DNA from: Eledone cirrhosa
Taxonomy: Eukaryota
Direction: 5' to 3'
Length of the DNA: 64,000 nt
NCBI GenBank assembly: GCA_964016885.1
Contig: OZ024740.1
Coordinates: 426,994,001-427,058,000, forward strand
The position numbers were made by a program, and so were the translations under genes. The notes beneath the pieces were generated by a model. The model saw only the letters and a list, made by a program, of their open reading frames with translations, was not told where the DNA came from and did not search any database. Within the stretch, counting starts at the first letter, position 1. Every line of letters begins with the position of its first letter. This document shows, piece after piece, positions 12,905-25,355 of this stretch.

Positions 12905-14094
12905 TTAAACCATATTAAATGATGGTCTATATTTTTGAATAAACATATTTTCCTTATTTATTCGTATTTGTTCTGTTGTATTGTTAGCGCAAAGGTAAAA
13001 TGGGAAGACTTGGAATTTGGGTGTATTATTACTTGCGCATATGTCTAGATGTGCGCTTAGTGCTATCTGTCTCGCGGTTGGATCTCGTAATTGTTGGCGA
13101 TGAACTGTCATTCTGTTTCTGAGTGTGAGTTTAGTTCGTCCTATATAATCTTCATTGCATCCTTTACATTTAATGGCATAAACTATATTTTTTGATGAGC
13201 AGGTGAAGTAAAATGTTGTCCTGATTTAAATGTATACGTGTTGCCTTCAATGAGGTGAGTGCAGGTTCCATAATTAGAGCGACCACATTTTTTTACACTT
13301 GGTTGTGGGTTTGTGGTAGGTAATTTGGCATTGGTGAGTAATGTTTTCAGTGATTTCGGTTGTCTTTTGCTTTTGATTATTTTGTGTGTTTCAAGGGCTT
13401 TTTTCATTGTTGGGTCTTGTTTTAGTAGTGGGATGTTCTTGTGAATAGTGTTGTAAGCTTCCGCATTTCTTGGGTTGTGTGTTGAGATATATCATAGAAT
13501 ATTGGACGTACCTTGAATTTGTTTCTGTTTTCGTAATTCATCAATGCCTATTGCTTTAGCCCTTTCTATTCCATTATTTATTAGTAATAGTGGGTACTCT
13601 CTTTCGAGTAGAATTTGATTTAATTCTTGAAGTCTTTTATTTCGCGTTTCATAATTGGAGACAATTGTGCACATTCTTCTTGCTAGGTTAAAAGAAATGT
13701 TCGTGTTCGTCTGCTTTGGATGGTTGGAGGTGAATAGCAGGTATTGTTTGGAATCTGTTGGTTTGTAGTGTATGTCAGTTTCAATATTTGTGTTTTTTTT
13801 TAAGATTAAGATGTCCAGAAATTGGAGTTGATATTGGCTGTATTCCATTGTGAATTGGATGTGATTATTGATGCCGTTTATTAAGTTTTTGAAATCCTTC
13901 AGTTGGTCGATTGTGTGGGACCGAAGAATGAGACAATCATCCAAGTAGCGTTTCCAATTCTCTGATAAATATTTGTGGAAGTTCAATCCGTATTTTGATT
14001 TGGACTGTTCATATATCTGGACATCTAAGTATGCCATGGCTAAGTTGGCATAAGTTGGAGCGGCTTTTGTACCCATCGCAGTCCCCGATATTTG
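12905..14094 (-). pseudogene. PLE reverse transcriptase C-half, Zn-linker and GIY-YIG endonuclease (one stop, one frameshift)
   Basis: GTAMGTKAAPTYANL, WKRYLDD, FLDI, KPTDSKQYL, STHNPRN, KRQPKSLK; then FTCSSKNIVYAIKCKGCNEDYIG..R.TVHRQQ..KE..FIQKY. Confidence 0.92.
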
Positions 14095-15753
14095 CTAATG
14101 CAATGAAGACTATATAGGACAAACTAAACTCACACTCAGAAACAGAATGACAGTTCATCGCCAACAATGACGAGATCCAACCACGAGACAGATACCACTA
14201 AGCGCATATCTAGACATATTCGCAAGTAATAAGACACCCAAATTCCAAGTCCTCCCATTTTACCTTTGCGCTAACAATACAACAGAACAAATACGAATAA
14301 ATAAGGAAAATATGTTTATTCAAAAATATAGACCATCATTTAATATTGTTTAATATACATTATGTCAACACCATAACATGATAACCATCCAAACAGGCAC
14401 ATACACACACACATAACACCTTCTACTTTAGAAAATAAAAACCCGAACTAAATAAACCTTAACATACGTTTGCACTGACAATACAACAGAACAAATACGA
14501 ATAAGTAAGGAAAATATGTTCATTCAAAAATATTCCTACTAAAGGAATCATTTTCCTACACACACACACACACACACACAATATATATATATATTCTCTT
14601 CATCTTAACATGCTAACCATACTCCCACAAACATAACACCCATACACAAACATAACAACCCCCACATCCACACACACAAAACTCCCCTCCCCCATTTCTA
14701 CTAATAGAATCACTTTCCTACACACATATATACACACACACAAAATATATATTCTCTCCATCTTAACATACTCCCACAAACACACACATAACACCCATAT
14801 ACACACACACACAACTTCCTCCCCCATTTCTACTAATAGAATCATCTTCCAATACACACACACACACACACACACAAGCACACAAATAAACATACATATC
14901 TTTACTTTCTTTATTCAATAGAAAATCTGAATTCTGACACCCCAGCGAACTAACCATATTCACTGAACCAGAACAATTCTCCCATCCCATTTCTCTTGAC
15001 CATTATCTTTTACTTATCATAAAATTCTCTAAATAGGCTACAGAATAGATTTCCAAATAAGGGCGCGAAAATTTAATGGAAACTTGTTCACGTGACAGCT
15101 ATAATTACCATTTATAACCAATCACATTACGTTTATTAAAAAAAATCCTTCGTGGGCCCCTTTTTTTTAAGTAAAAAGAAATTCAAACACACACACACAA
15201 CACATGCACAACACACAAACAAACAAGCACACAAATAAGCATACATATCTTTACTTTCTTTATTCAATAGAAAATCTGAATACTGACACCTCAGCGAACT
15301 AACCATAATCAATGAAAACAATTCTCCCATCCCATTTCTCTTGACCATTATCTTTTACTTGTCATAAAATTCTCTAAAAATGCTACAGAATGGATTTCCA
15401 AATAAGGGCGCGAAAATTTAATGAAAACTTGTTCACGTGACAGCCATAAATTAATTTATAACCAATCAAATTATGTTTATTAAAAAAAAAGCGTTCGTGA
15501 GCCCCCTTTTTAAGTAAAAAGAAATTCAAACACTCATATAAGAAAAAACAACCTGTGACATCCCCCCCCCCATCCCTTGTTTGGAGAACTTTGTAACGCG
15601 AACTGCCGCGAAATTTATTATAATTATTGACCAACCAATCAAATTACTTCTCGAAATACCTGGCATTTCGAGCCACTTTTTCCATATAAAACAAGTAACA
15701 TTCAGAGACCAGCCAGATGTGAGAAAAACCACAGACCCTCCATCTCAACTCTA

Positions 15754-15789
15754 CTTTTGAAAAGCAGAAGAACTGCGAAACCGGTAAAG
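15754..15789 (+). ncRNA. Minimal hammerhead ribozyme, U3-A8 core variant
   Basis: CTT-TTGAAAA-GCAG aagaa CTGC-GAAA-CCGG-TA-AAG; palindromic ACCGGT; GUA triplet; stem I only 3 bp. Confidence 0.55.
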
Positions 15790-16031
15790 GAACCAAATAA
15801 ATATATATATTTTTTTAAATAAGACTCTAGTTGCATTTTTGATTTCATCTTTATATATATCAGTTCCCGTCCCACCCTTGCAAGCAGGGAAAAGTGGACG
15901 TAAAGTGTTAAAAAAAAAAAAAAAATTATTCCCAACGCACACACACACATGCACACACAATTGGTTTCTTTAGAGGCAGTTATAAAAGTTATATAAGAAG
16001 CATATGATTTAGAGCAAACAATGTGTAAATG

Positions 16032-16095
<64 letters not shown>

Positions 16096-16235
16096 CATGC
16101 ACACATATATATATATATGTATGTATGGATTCACCGAACATTTATTATAATGCTCGGTTTGTTTGTAAACAAACATCCCGTATCAAGCCGTACAGTGTCT
16201 AGCAACCATCGTTGCTCATTTGTTCAACACTGACA

Positions 16236-16290
16236 AAGGAACGCTGTACTCGTTTCAAGCTTATTGGCTATCGTCAGCACCGTATACCTT
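16236..16290 (-). ncRNA. Minimal hammerhead ribozyme (inverted-arm copy, slightly decayed)
   Basis: ACGGTG-CTGACGA-tagccaataagctt-GAAAC-GA-GTA-CAGCGT. Confidence 0.65.
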
Positions 16291-16396
16291 CTTGCCAGAT
16301 GTGTGCCCGGCCGATTAATTCACGCGATATGCAAATTAGGCTGATCAGCCGTTAATATATAAGGATATACTTTCAGACGTTCAATCATCTGGCAGG

Positions 16397-16451
16397 AAGG
16401 TATACGGTGCTGACGATAGCTAATAAGCTTGAAACTAGTACATCGTTCCTT
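16397..16451 (+). ncRNA. Minimal type I hammerhead ribozyme
   Basis: Stem I ACGGTG/CATCGT plus AAGG/CCTT; CTGACGA 16410-16416; stem II AGCT-aata-AGCT; GAAA; palindrome ACTAGT; GUA, predicted cut after 16440. Confidence 0.85.
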
Positions 16452-16694
16452 TGTCAGTGTTGAACAAATGGCGACGATGTTTGCTAAACACTATACGGCT
16501 TAATTCGGGATGTTTGTTTACAAACACACCGGGCATTATAATAAATGTTCGGTGAATCTATACGTACATGTATATATGTGTGCATGTATCTACTGTACGT
16601 CTGTATACATATATGTATGTACGTATACATACTTATATTTAAGTAACAGCCGTACTAAGAGTGAGAAATAAAATTTCGTTTCATTTTTTCCATT

Positions 16695-16771
<77 letters not shown>

Positions 16772-16789
16772 TACACCCACACACGCCCC

Positions 16790-16938
16790 CCCAATCTATC
16801 TTATTTCTCATTCTTTCTTCTGGTGAAGGACTAGCGTCCAAAACGTTACGACCCTCTTCCAGCTATTTCAAGCGTTAACCTAATATATCCCTTCCATATA
16901 CTGTACCGATTGTGTTGTTATTTCTGTTTACCTTTTAC
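16790..16938 (+). mobile_element. Short repeat with degenerate HHR-like motif (same family as 3150-3355)
   Basis: CTGGTGA-aGGAC tagc GTCC-AAAACGTTA; shared downstream TTTCAAGCGTTAA.CTAATATAT and TTCTGTTTAC tail. Confidence 0.45.
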
Positions 16939-16958
16939 ATAATACATATATATATATA

Positions 16959-17024
<66 letters not shown>

Positions 17025-17048
17025 GTGTATATATATATATATATATAC

Positions 17049-17132
<84 letters not shown>

Positions 17133-17168
17133 TTAAACACACACACATAACGTATAGATATACGTATG

Positions 17169-17210
<42 letters not shown>
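16959..17210. repeat. (CA)n/(TA)n compound microsatellite
   Basis: Seen directly. Confidence 0.95.
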
Positions 17211-18153
17211 CATATATCTATACGCTATGTGTGTGTGTTTAAATATACATATGCTTTGCTTAAATGAAAAAAAGAATCAAGTTAATAATTTAAGGGAGGG
17301 AAATGAGAATAATATAATGTCTGATGTCTCATTCATTCATTTTTCAAAGTGAATTAGAAGATAAATGTCAGTAAAATGGATTCAATCCGAGATAGAAACC
17401 GTATTGTGATTTTATATTGATGGCCGATTGCTTATCGCGTTTGTCTGTAGCACTGGCTACTCTATGATTACATGTTAAAGTTTCCTCCTCCTATATTTCA
17501 CAGTGTATCAAACGTAATGTTATGTGGGTGTGCACTCCAGCTAGATAACAATTTATTCCGTCTTCTCCATAGAATCTTATCTTCCTTTAAAAACAAAACA
17601 CTAAACATATACACATATAAACAAACTAAACAGGAAGGGTAAAGCTATATAGTAGAGAGAGAAACCTAAAATGTTGTCTGCTCAAGATGTAATTGTAATG
17701 GTCGGAATATAAATACTAGACATATATTACCATCGTTCTGCATTGTTATGCAAGTAGAGGATACACGGACCATTACACTTGCAATAATTACTCCTCCGGA
17801 GATTCTGGGAATAGCAATGAAGACTTCACATATTTTCTTACATGCAGACTATTTGTTGTCAGTCAGCGAAACGATTAAAATGTTTCTCCCTTATATCCTT
17901 CTTGATGCATAACGAATTGGATCGACGTATTTCTTACGGATGCTTCCTGAGAACTGACCAGTGGGATATCATATTTATTGTATTTAGAAATAAACTGAGC
18001 TGTTAGCTATAATTAATGGTTTCTGTTCGTTGCTGCCCTGCATGAACCTATTCAGATTAGTAGAAATACGGCTGACATGACCGAACCCGCTCTATGAAAA
18101 CTAATAAACGAAGTGATTTCGTACGTACGTAGAAGAAAGATAAGATTTTTTAA

Positions 18154-18186
<33 letters not shown>

Positions 18187-18479
18187 AACACACACACGCA
18201 TATATATAGAGAGAGAAAGAGACAGACAGAAAGAGAGTGAGAGCGGGATAGAGCGAGAGAGAGACAAAGGAAGAGCGAGAGAGAAAGGGGTAAGAAAGAG
18301 AGAGAACGAGGGAGAGTACAATAAGTAAACGTTTCATAAATGTTGCTATTCATTCTCTCATAATTGCTTTATAGAGTTCAAGGTTTATGTAGTATGTAGT
18401 ATGGAGTGTATTTGGCTGGTTTGACATAAATAAAGGCCACGGTTGAATAAATTAAGTACCAGCACGTGAGATTATTGCT

Positions 18480-18823
18480 ATTACTATTATTATTATTATT
18501 ATTATTATTATGTTGTTGTTATTGCTGTTGTTGATGCTGTTGCTGTTGCTGTTGTTGTTGATGTTTATGTTGTTGTTGTTGCTGTTATTGTTATTGATGT
18601 TGATGCTGCTGCTGCTTTTGTTGTTCTTGCTGCTGCTTTTATTGTTGTTGTTGTTATGTTGTTATTGGTGTTGTTGTTATTGCTGCTGTTGTTGCTGTTG
18701 CTGTTGCTGTTGTTGTTGTTGATGATGTTGATGTTGTTGCTCTTGTTGCTGTTATTGTTATTGATGTTGATGTTTTTTGTTGCTGCTGCTGCTGTTGTTG
18801 TTGCTGTTGTTGTTGTTGTTGTT
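18480..18823. repeat. (ATT)n then mixed (GTT/GCT/GAT)n trinucleotide tract
   Basis: Seen directly. Confidence 0.95.
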
Positions 18824-20254
18824 GAAGTGCATAGACTCTACTTAAAGTGACTTCCATGAGATTGAGCTTTTACATAGTTTTACTGGATGAAATATATATT
18901 TTTACCTGTTGTATTATCTGGCAAACAGTGAACTTAATAACATCGGGGCAGCCATCCCGATAATTGGCATCAAAGTAAAGTATGTCGGTTTTTTTCTTCA
19001 AAAATGTCTTTGCTACTGTTTATGTAAAGACTGAAAATAATGGTGGTTCGAGGTGCAGTGAGAGGTATTATGTTTTTTATTATAAATACGTGTTGCAGGT
19101 ATCAATGAGCTCACATTCAAATGAAGGTATTTCATTTGTCTACAGAGATGTGGAGTACAAAACAGACTGCAAGTTCTTACTGTCTCAAATATATCTTAGG
19201 AGAAAAATATATTTATCCATCTTGATAGTTTAATTTGATCTGTGTTAGTTGCGTATCCAGTCAGTTCTCCGTTTTGATAACTAGAATTAACTGAACTAGT
19301 TTTAAAGAAACACTAGGTTCTCCCTCCACACAGATCTCCACCATATTAACTCTGACCTTTGTAGATTCTTAAGTTTGCAATAAACTATAAGCATAAGATT
19401 TCTGCATTCTGCTCTGAACTATAAGAAGAGGTTGCCACCCCTTTTCACTACTTCTACATAGGAGTGTGACGGACAGAAAGACGAAGAAACAGCGCTTTTT
19501 TTATTATATAAATTGTGGTAGCATATTCGTAATAATGAACGTTAACCCATTCTTATGAAAAGTAAGATTATTTCTCTATCTTAGCTGACAACGTAATGAT
19601 TTTTCCGTATTTCAAACCTGTTACAGATAAAAACCCAATATCATCCAAATCACACCTTCCCCTTCCAGGGGTAAAAAACATTAGATACTGTGCTTTAGAA
19701 AATGGCTGGGATGTCTTTGATTATAGATTTGCTAAACATTATTATAAATAATTGAATCACCAAATTATACGTACATTTTTTTAAACACTCTTCAAAGTCT
19801 AAAAGCTGTTAGTAAAATTTTGACGAATGACTTTCCTTTCCAATTGACACTTTAATTCATATTTTCGATGTGTACGTGCTTAGAATATGACGTTTCATAT
19901 TATTAAGTTTGTGTAAGAATTTAGTACATTGGGCACTCTAAATTCTTTTAGTCAGTCAGTGAGTTTATTTCAGCAACTTCGGAGACCATATTTACAAATT
20001 TCCCGATAACAAAACCTGGCAGACCTATCATCAAAGGCATTCCAAACGTAAACGTGAATCTTTTTGAGGAATATATGGCTGCTATTTGTATCAAGACAGA
20101 GGAACCTTATCCCCTTCTCCACCATGGAAGTGTTTTTCATTGTTAGAAAGGTTACAAATATGACTCCATAATCTTGCCCAGACAGTATTTGCCATTTTGT
20201 CGTGTTTTAAGGCCAACCTACGAGACATTAAATAGATCATTTAGCTTACCCATG

Positions 20255-20530
20255 GAGGTGCGTGGCATAGTGGTAAGGGCGTTGGATATACGATCATAAT
20301 GTCCTGGGTTTCGATTCCTGTGCTAAGTTGTGTGTTGTTTTCTTGATCAAATCACTTCTTTTCACGTTGCTCCAGTATAATCAGCTGAAAATGAGTATCA
20401 GAAGCAATAGCTAGGAGTTTAACCCTGCGATGGACTGGCGTCCTGTCCAGGGGTGAGTCTTGTACTCTTAGTCGCCTCACGTCACTGACACCGGGATAAA
20501 CACTGACCTGATGAGTCTCCGGGATTGAAA
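20255..20530 (+). mobile_element. tRNA-derived SINE (family B-related, V-SINE-like body)
   Basis: GCGTGGCATAGTGGTAAG, GGTTTCGATTCC, TTCACGTTGCTCCAG, CCCTGCGATGGACTGGCGTCCTGTCCAGGGG. Confidence 0.75.
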
Positions 20531-21365
20531 CAAATTGTAGAATCTTTTTATTAACCTCATCAGTCCTAGAAGAGCTACAGTATCTATATGAGAAATGCTC
20601 CTCTTTATGAGACTGTTTAAAACAAACAGAGATCAAAGTCTTGATATATCGATGATGGATGTTTGTTGCTTAATATTTGGTGAATTCGATCAATATAGCT
20701 GTTATTGTTTAGCCCAGGGTCAGCCTTGTTTGAGCAAATCTATGATGAAAGACATGTGACCATCCTGTCTTTATAGTGGTATCATACACGCTTTAACGGT
20801 CGTTATTTTAAGATTAGGGATCTCTCACCATCATAGAATTACGCATTCTCACTAACGCAATATTTTCCTGTACGAGAAGCTGTTCTGTTATGTTCCAGAT
20901 AACTGGAATTTCTTCAATCAGAGTTTAGTCTATAAATAATGGATGGAATCTGTCACAAATAAAAACAAAACTGCATAAATAAACAAAGAAAAAAAAAGCA
21001 AAATCTGTAAAGAGGTATCTTTTTGCCTTCTTTTAGGAATTGAAGCACGCTTTGCGCAGACAAAGTCATAATTTTTCTCTTAGATCATTGTTCATTGTTA
21101 GTTTTCGGCATTTATGAAAAACTGATACCAATTCGGAAGTTTACTTGAATCAAATAGAACTGACTATTTAAGCGTGTTAGCGAAGGCCCGTTTTAAATGC
21201 GTTAACTGTGTTAAGGGAGTTACTGCTATAAATCATTCTACAATTGCGTTAAGGGGCTTCGGGTTTAGACGTCGAACATCAAACAGCTCCATATCTCGAT
21301 CAAACCATGATATATTCAAGTTAAACACACACACTCACGCACCCACCCCCCACACACACACACAT

Positions 21366-21397
<32 letters not shown>

Positions 21398-21619
21398 TGT
21401 AGAATGAAGTGAGAGAGAAAGAGACAGAAAGAGAAAGAAAAAATGAGAGAGCAAGTTTACTATGTAGGAAAGAATGAGTGCGAAGGTAGTAATATATGTG
21501 GGAGAGAAAAATCAACGGAAATAGAGTGTATTTATACGTGTATGTGAGGTAAATGGAGAGAGTGTGAAAGGGATATATCTCGCAAAACAAATATATACGA
21601 GATATATATCCCTTTCATT

Positions 21620-21712
<93 letters not shown>

Positions 21713-21908
21713 GAGAAAGAGAAAATGACAGAGATCTGAAAGAGAAGACGTGAGGTATGTGAAGATATTCTGCTTAATGAGTGTTTCGTAAACAGATATA
21801 AACCAGTGCTATCATATATGTGGATTAGAATTGTCGTTATGTCTCATGTCTCATTTAAATAAGTTTCTCATCGATACATACACATATACACGTACTGGGG
21901 CAAGCACC

Positions 21909-21964
<56 letters not shown>

Positions 21965-22139
21965 TATACACACACATATCTATCTATCTATCTATCTATA
22001 TATATCTATTGGGGAAAATCGACTAACTTTTAAATTCCATCTGTGATAACATTTTACACGTTTTTATTGTATGTAAACTTCCCCCTTTGTATTTGTCCCC
22101 TTCTTTTGTGCCCCTGTGGCTAATAAAGAAATATATCTA

Positions 22140-22900
22140 TATATGAAAGACGTAAAATAAGAAAATTATAAAAGTTAACTTACTAAAATTTCACTTTTAG
22201 TAAGTAAGTTAATTTTTATAATTTTCTTATTTTACGTCTTTCATATAATTGTTCTGAATCCCCTTGCATTGAACCACAAAGTTACTAAGACAAAACCTAT
22301 ATATTTGCTAGCATAGGTATGCATCTGTATATATATGTTGGTAGATATACTAATTCTTTATAATTATCTCCAAATTATTTTGTTGAGCAAAAATTTGCCA
22401 AAACTGCTACTACAGTTCATAGTAATGGCTCGGCAACTGTCTTTTTAACACCCCACTTCTTACTGATTAACCTCGATGTCACGTGATTGATTCTTTTGAA
22501 TTTGCCACCGACCAAGTAGGCAGCGATTTTTTCAATGTCTTGGAATTTAGTCCACGTTTGCTTTTTTCCATCCACTGAATTTTATTCTTGTATAAGTTCC
22601 CTGTGTCCACGCATCGCCTGGTAACTTACCTGAGAACAGACTTCCTGATGACGAAACGGCTTCTCCATGCTTTCCATTTGGAAACCATGTTTATTCCCTT
22701 TCAGAAACTAATTAGTGGAGTGAAACTTTTGTAAGTAAGTTAATTTTTATAATTTTTTTATTTTACATCTGTCATATAATTGTTCTGCATCCCCTTGCAT
22801 TGAACCACAATGTTACTAAGTTAAAACCTATATATTTGCTAGCACAGGTATGCATCTGTATATATATATATATATGTTGGTAGATATACTAATTCTTTAT
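22140..22900 (+). mobile_element. Retrozyme-like unit: short inverted 5' arm plus ~531-bp monomer with terminal direct repeat
   Basis: 22196-22360 repeated at 22727-22900; 22140-22195 is inverted relative to it; one HHR. Confidence 0.8.
22641..22720 (+). ncRNA. Hammerhead ribozyme homologous to 4121-4200, lacking the H17 base (probably inactive)
   Basis: CTTC-CTGATGA-cGAAACGG...CCCTTTCa-GAAACTAATTAGT-GGAG; stem II covaries with the 4.1-kb copy. Confidence 0.65.
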
Positions 22901-23069
22901 CTATATATGTATATATATATATATAAGTAAGAATATTTTCGAAACAGCGAGCGAGTTTGAAATTATAAATATAAGCTATCGCCATATTTCGACTAAAGAA
23001 ATTAAAGAAATTATTTAGGCTGATAGTGGGGTTAAGAACCCACGGAGAAATGGAACAAACGATGAGTAT

Positions 23070-23140
23070 TGACGTACATGGGAGTCGAAACCACATCTTT
23101 GGTTATCCAGACCACTGTGCTACCATTACACCAACACATC
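23070..23140 (-). tRNA. tRNA-like sequence / pseudo-tRNA (anticodon loop CTGGATA)
   Basis: Acceptor GATGTGT/GTACGTC pairs with wobbles; D arm GTGT-AATGGTA-GCAC; TGGT/ACCA anticodon stem; GGTTTCGACTCC B box. Confidence 0.55.
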
Positions 23141-23370
23141 ACCCGTCTTCTTCATTCAAATTAGAAGCTATAATCTTAGCAACTTTTTCCATTTCTCCGA
23201 GGGTTCTTAACCCCACTATCAGGCTAAATAATTTCTTTAATTTCTTTAGTCAAAATACGGCGATAGCTTATATTTATAATTTCAAACTCGCTCGCTGTTT
23301 CGAAAATATTTTTACTTGACATTACAGTTGCTAAGATTATAGCTTCTAATTTGAATGGAAGAAGACGGGT

Positions 23371-23441
23371 GATATGTTGGTGTAATGGTAGCACAGTGGT
23401 CTGGATAACCAAAGATGTGGATTCGACTCCCATGTACGTCA
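23371..23441 (+). tRNA. tRNA-like sequence / pseudo-tRNA followed by a T6 Pol III terminator
   Basis: Same cloverleaf as 23070-23140; TTTTTT at 23451-23456. Confidence 0.55.
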
Positions 23442-23559
23442 ATACTCATCTTTTTTCATTTCTCCGAGGGTTCTTAACCCCACTATCAGGCTAAATAATT
23501 TCTTAAATTTCTTTAGTCAAAATATGGCGATAGCTTATATATATATATGTATATATATG

Positions 23560-23640
<81 letters not shown>

Positions 23641-24353
23641 AACACACACACACACATGGATCCTGGCATACATACATAGAAATGTGGTACGCAAATCGAG
23701 AAGACACTTTAACAGATGTTGTTCTTGTGTGTGAGTGAGTGTGTGTTTGTGAGTGTGTGTGTGTAGGAATTCTAATAACGGTATATGTATATAAGTGAAC
23801 ACTGGCGAGAACTGCAGGGTGGGAAAAACTCATCAGTACTCCAACACCATGCCATAATAGAACATAGGGGCACATTAGAGAATATAGAGATGAAAATATG
23901 CAATGCTCTGACAAATCACTGAGGCAACAAACATAAACGAAATCCAACCAAAATTAAACAGAAAACATGAGTGGAATAGCAACATCACAATTAATAATTA
24001 AGGACAAAACAAATCAAACACACACTGATAGAACAAAAAACCAACTAGTGACTAATAAATAGACACATAAATAAATAAAAACACACACAGACAACCCGGA
24101 TGTAACAAATGCGCAAATTAAGCACACAACACACAAAAACAAGATGGCGTAGGACAGAACAAAGGAGAAACACACAAGATAAAAACCTAGTTACTGAGGA
24201 GGTCACAGAATGTGTGACAAAAGAGCTTTGACAATATATAAACAACCTTCCGGTTACTGAAGCAACCAATCAACCGGAAATTTGTAATAAATTGAAGTGA
24301 AAACCAACAGCTGCGCGTATTTTTATTAGCAATATGACACTCACAAATTATAG

Positions 24354-24450
<97 letters not shown>

Positions 24451-24494
24451 CCGAAACTCGTACGGGTATATATATATCACTTTATAATATATAT

Positions 24495-24827
24495 ATATTG
24501 GTAAACGGAAAAGAAAATGCTGACAAATTGTTCACAGTGAAAAATAGTTTAATTAGGAATAAGTGAGAATTAGTAATAGTATTGGTTAGTATTCAGTTTT
24601 GGGTTTAAGTTTTACCGGTTGCGCATTTCTAATGATTTTCAAAAATAATTTTGAGATAGAGCATCCGTGATGTTTGCTCTAATCTGATTAGAGCAAACAT
24701 CACGGACGTTCTATTACTAATTCTCACTTATTCCTAATTAAACTATTTTTCACTGTGAACAATTTGTCAGTATTTTCTTTTCCGTTTACCAATATATCAT
24801 AACTTGTGTGTTACACCTCTATTCCTT

Positions 24828-24830
<3 letters not shown>
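24495..24830 (+). mobile_element. Fold-back element with a nested hairpin, between (TA)n tracts
   Basis: 24495-24579 inverted at 24711-24797; inner hairpin TCCGTGATGTTTGCTCTAATC/GATTAGAGCAAACATCACGGA. Confidence 0.75.
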
Positions 24831-24913
<83 letters not shown>

Positions 24914-25314
24914 AGTGAGATTGCAGGAGGCCAAATATGTTGAGTTTCCTTAATTATTTATTTCTGCTAACACTATGCATATTTCAGTGGCGCGGTTACG
25001 TAAGAACCTGGTGGCATCTTCAGGTGTAAATTGCGTAATAGATGTATACCAACGGAATGATGGTAGACTTTATGGAAACAAGCAAAGAAAAACAGAGAAG
25101 AAAAAAGTGTGTTCATGTTTTTGAGCCAGAGATGAACGAAACAGTATGTTGTTATCATGCCTCGCGGCCTCTGAGAATGACCAATTCTACCCAGTAGTAA
25201 ACCAGCAAATTTAAACGTATATATATACTGTTATACTTGGGGAGGGTCATTTTGTTATATATATACATTGTAATTATATACACTTATTAGTATTCATACA
25301 CACGCACTCATATA

Positions 25315-25349
<35 letters not shown>

Positions 25350-25355
<6 letters not shown>

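Larger units (their letters stand above)
11580..15852 (-). mobile_element. Neptune-type Penelope-like element, 5'-truncated with a long inverted duplication
   Basis: Arms 11580-13162 and 14097-15852 are reverse complements enclosing the RT; the right arm has an internal ~345-bp duplication. Confidence 0.88.
16095..16695 (+). mobile_element. Fold-back element (~200-bp arms) with an HHR in each arm and a 3' tail, in (TA)n
   Basis: 16095-16301 is the reverse complement of 16386-16589. Confidence 0.85.
22925..23540 (+). mobile_element. 266-bp tandem plus inverted unit carrying a tRNA-like cassette, in (TA)n
   Basis: 22925-23185 inverted copy; 23186-23540 direct partial tandem (TTTCTCCGAGGGTTC at ~23193 and ~23459). 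Confidence 0.75.

Noticed and set aside
13492-13494. In-frame TGA in the Neptune ORF as a recoding site
   Set aside because: Not at a Cys motif, and the copy also has a frameshift; simple decay is more likely
18510-18857. Poly-Leu/poly-Gln ORFs (also the poly-His, poly-Thr and poly-Asp ORFs at 55.6, 63.0 and 63.6 kb)
   Set aside because: Trinucleotide microsatellites without exon context
23020-23052. CTGATAG...GAAA as a hammerhead in the tRNA-bearing unit
   Set aside because: Non-canonical core, no cleavage triplet or stem I, and antisense to the inferred sense strand
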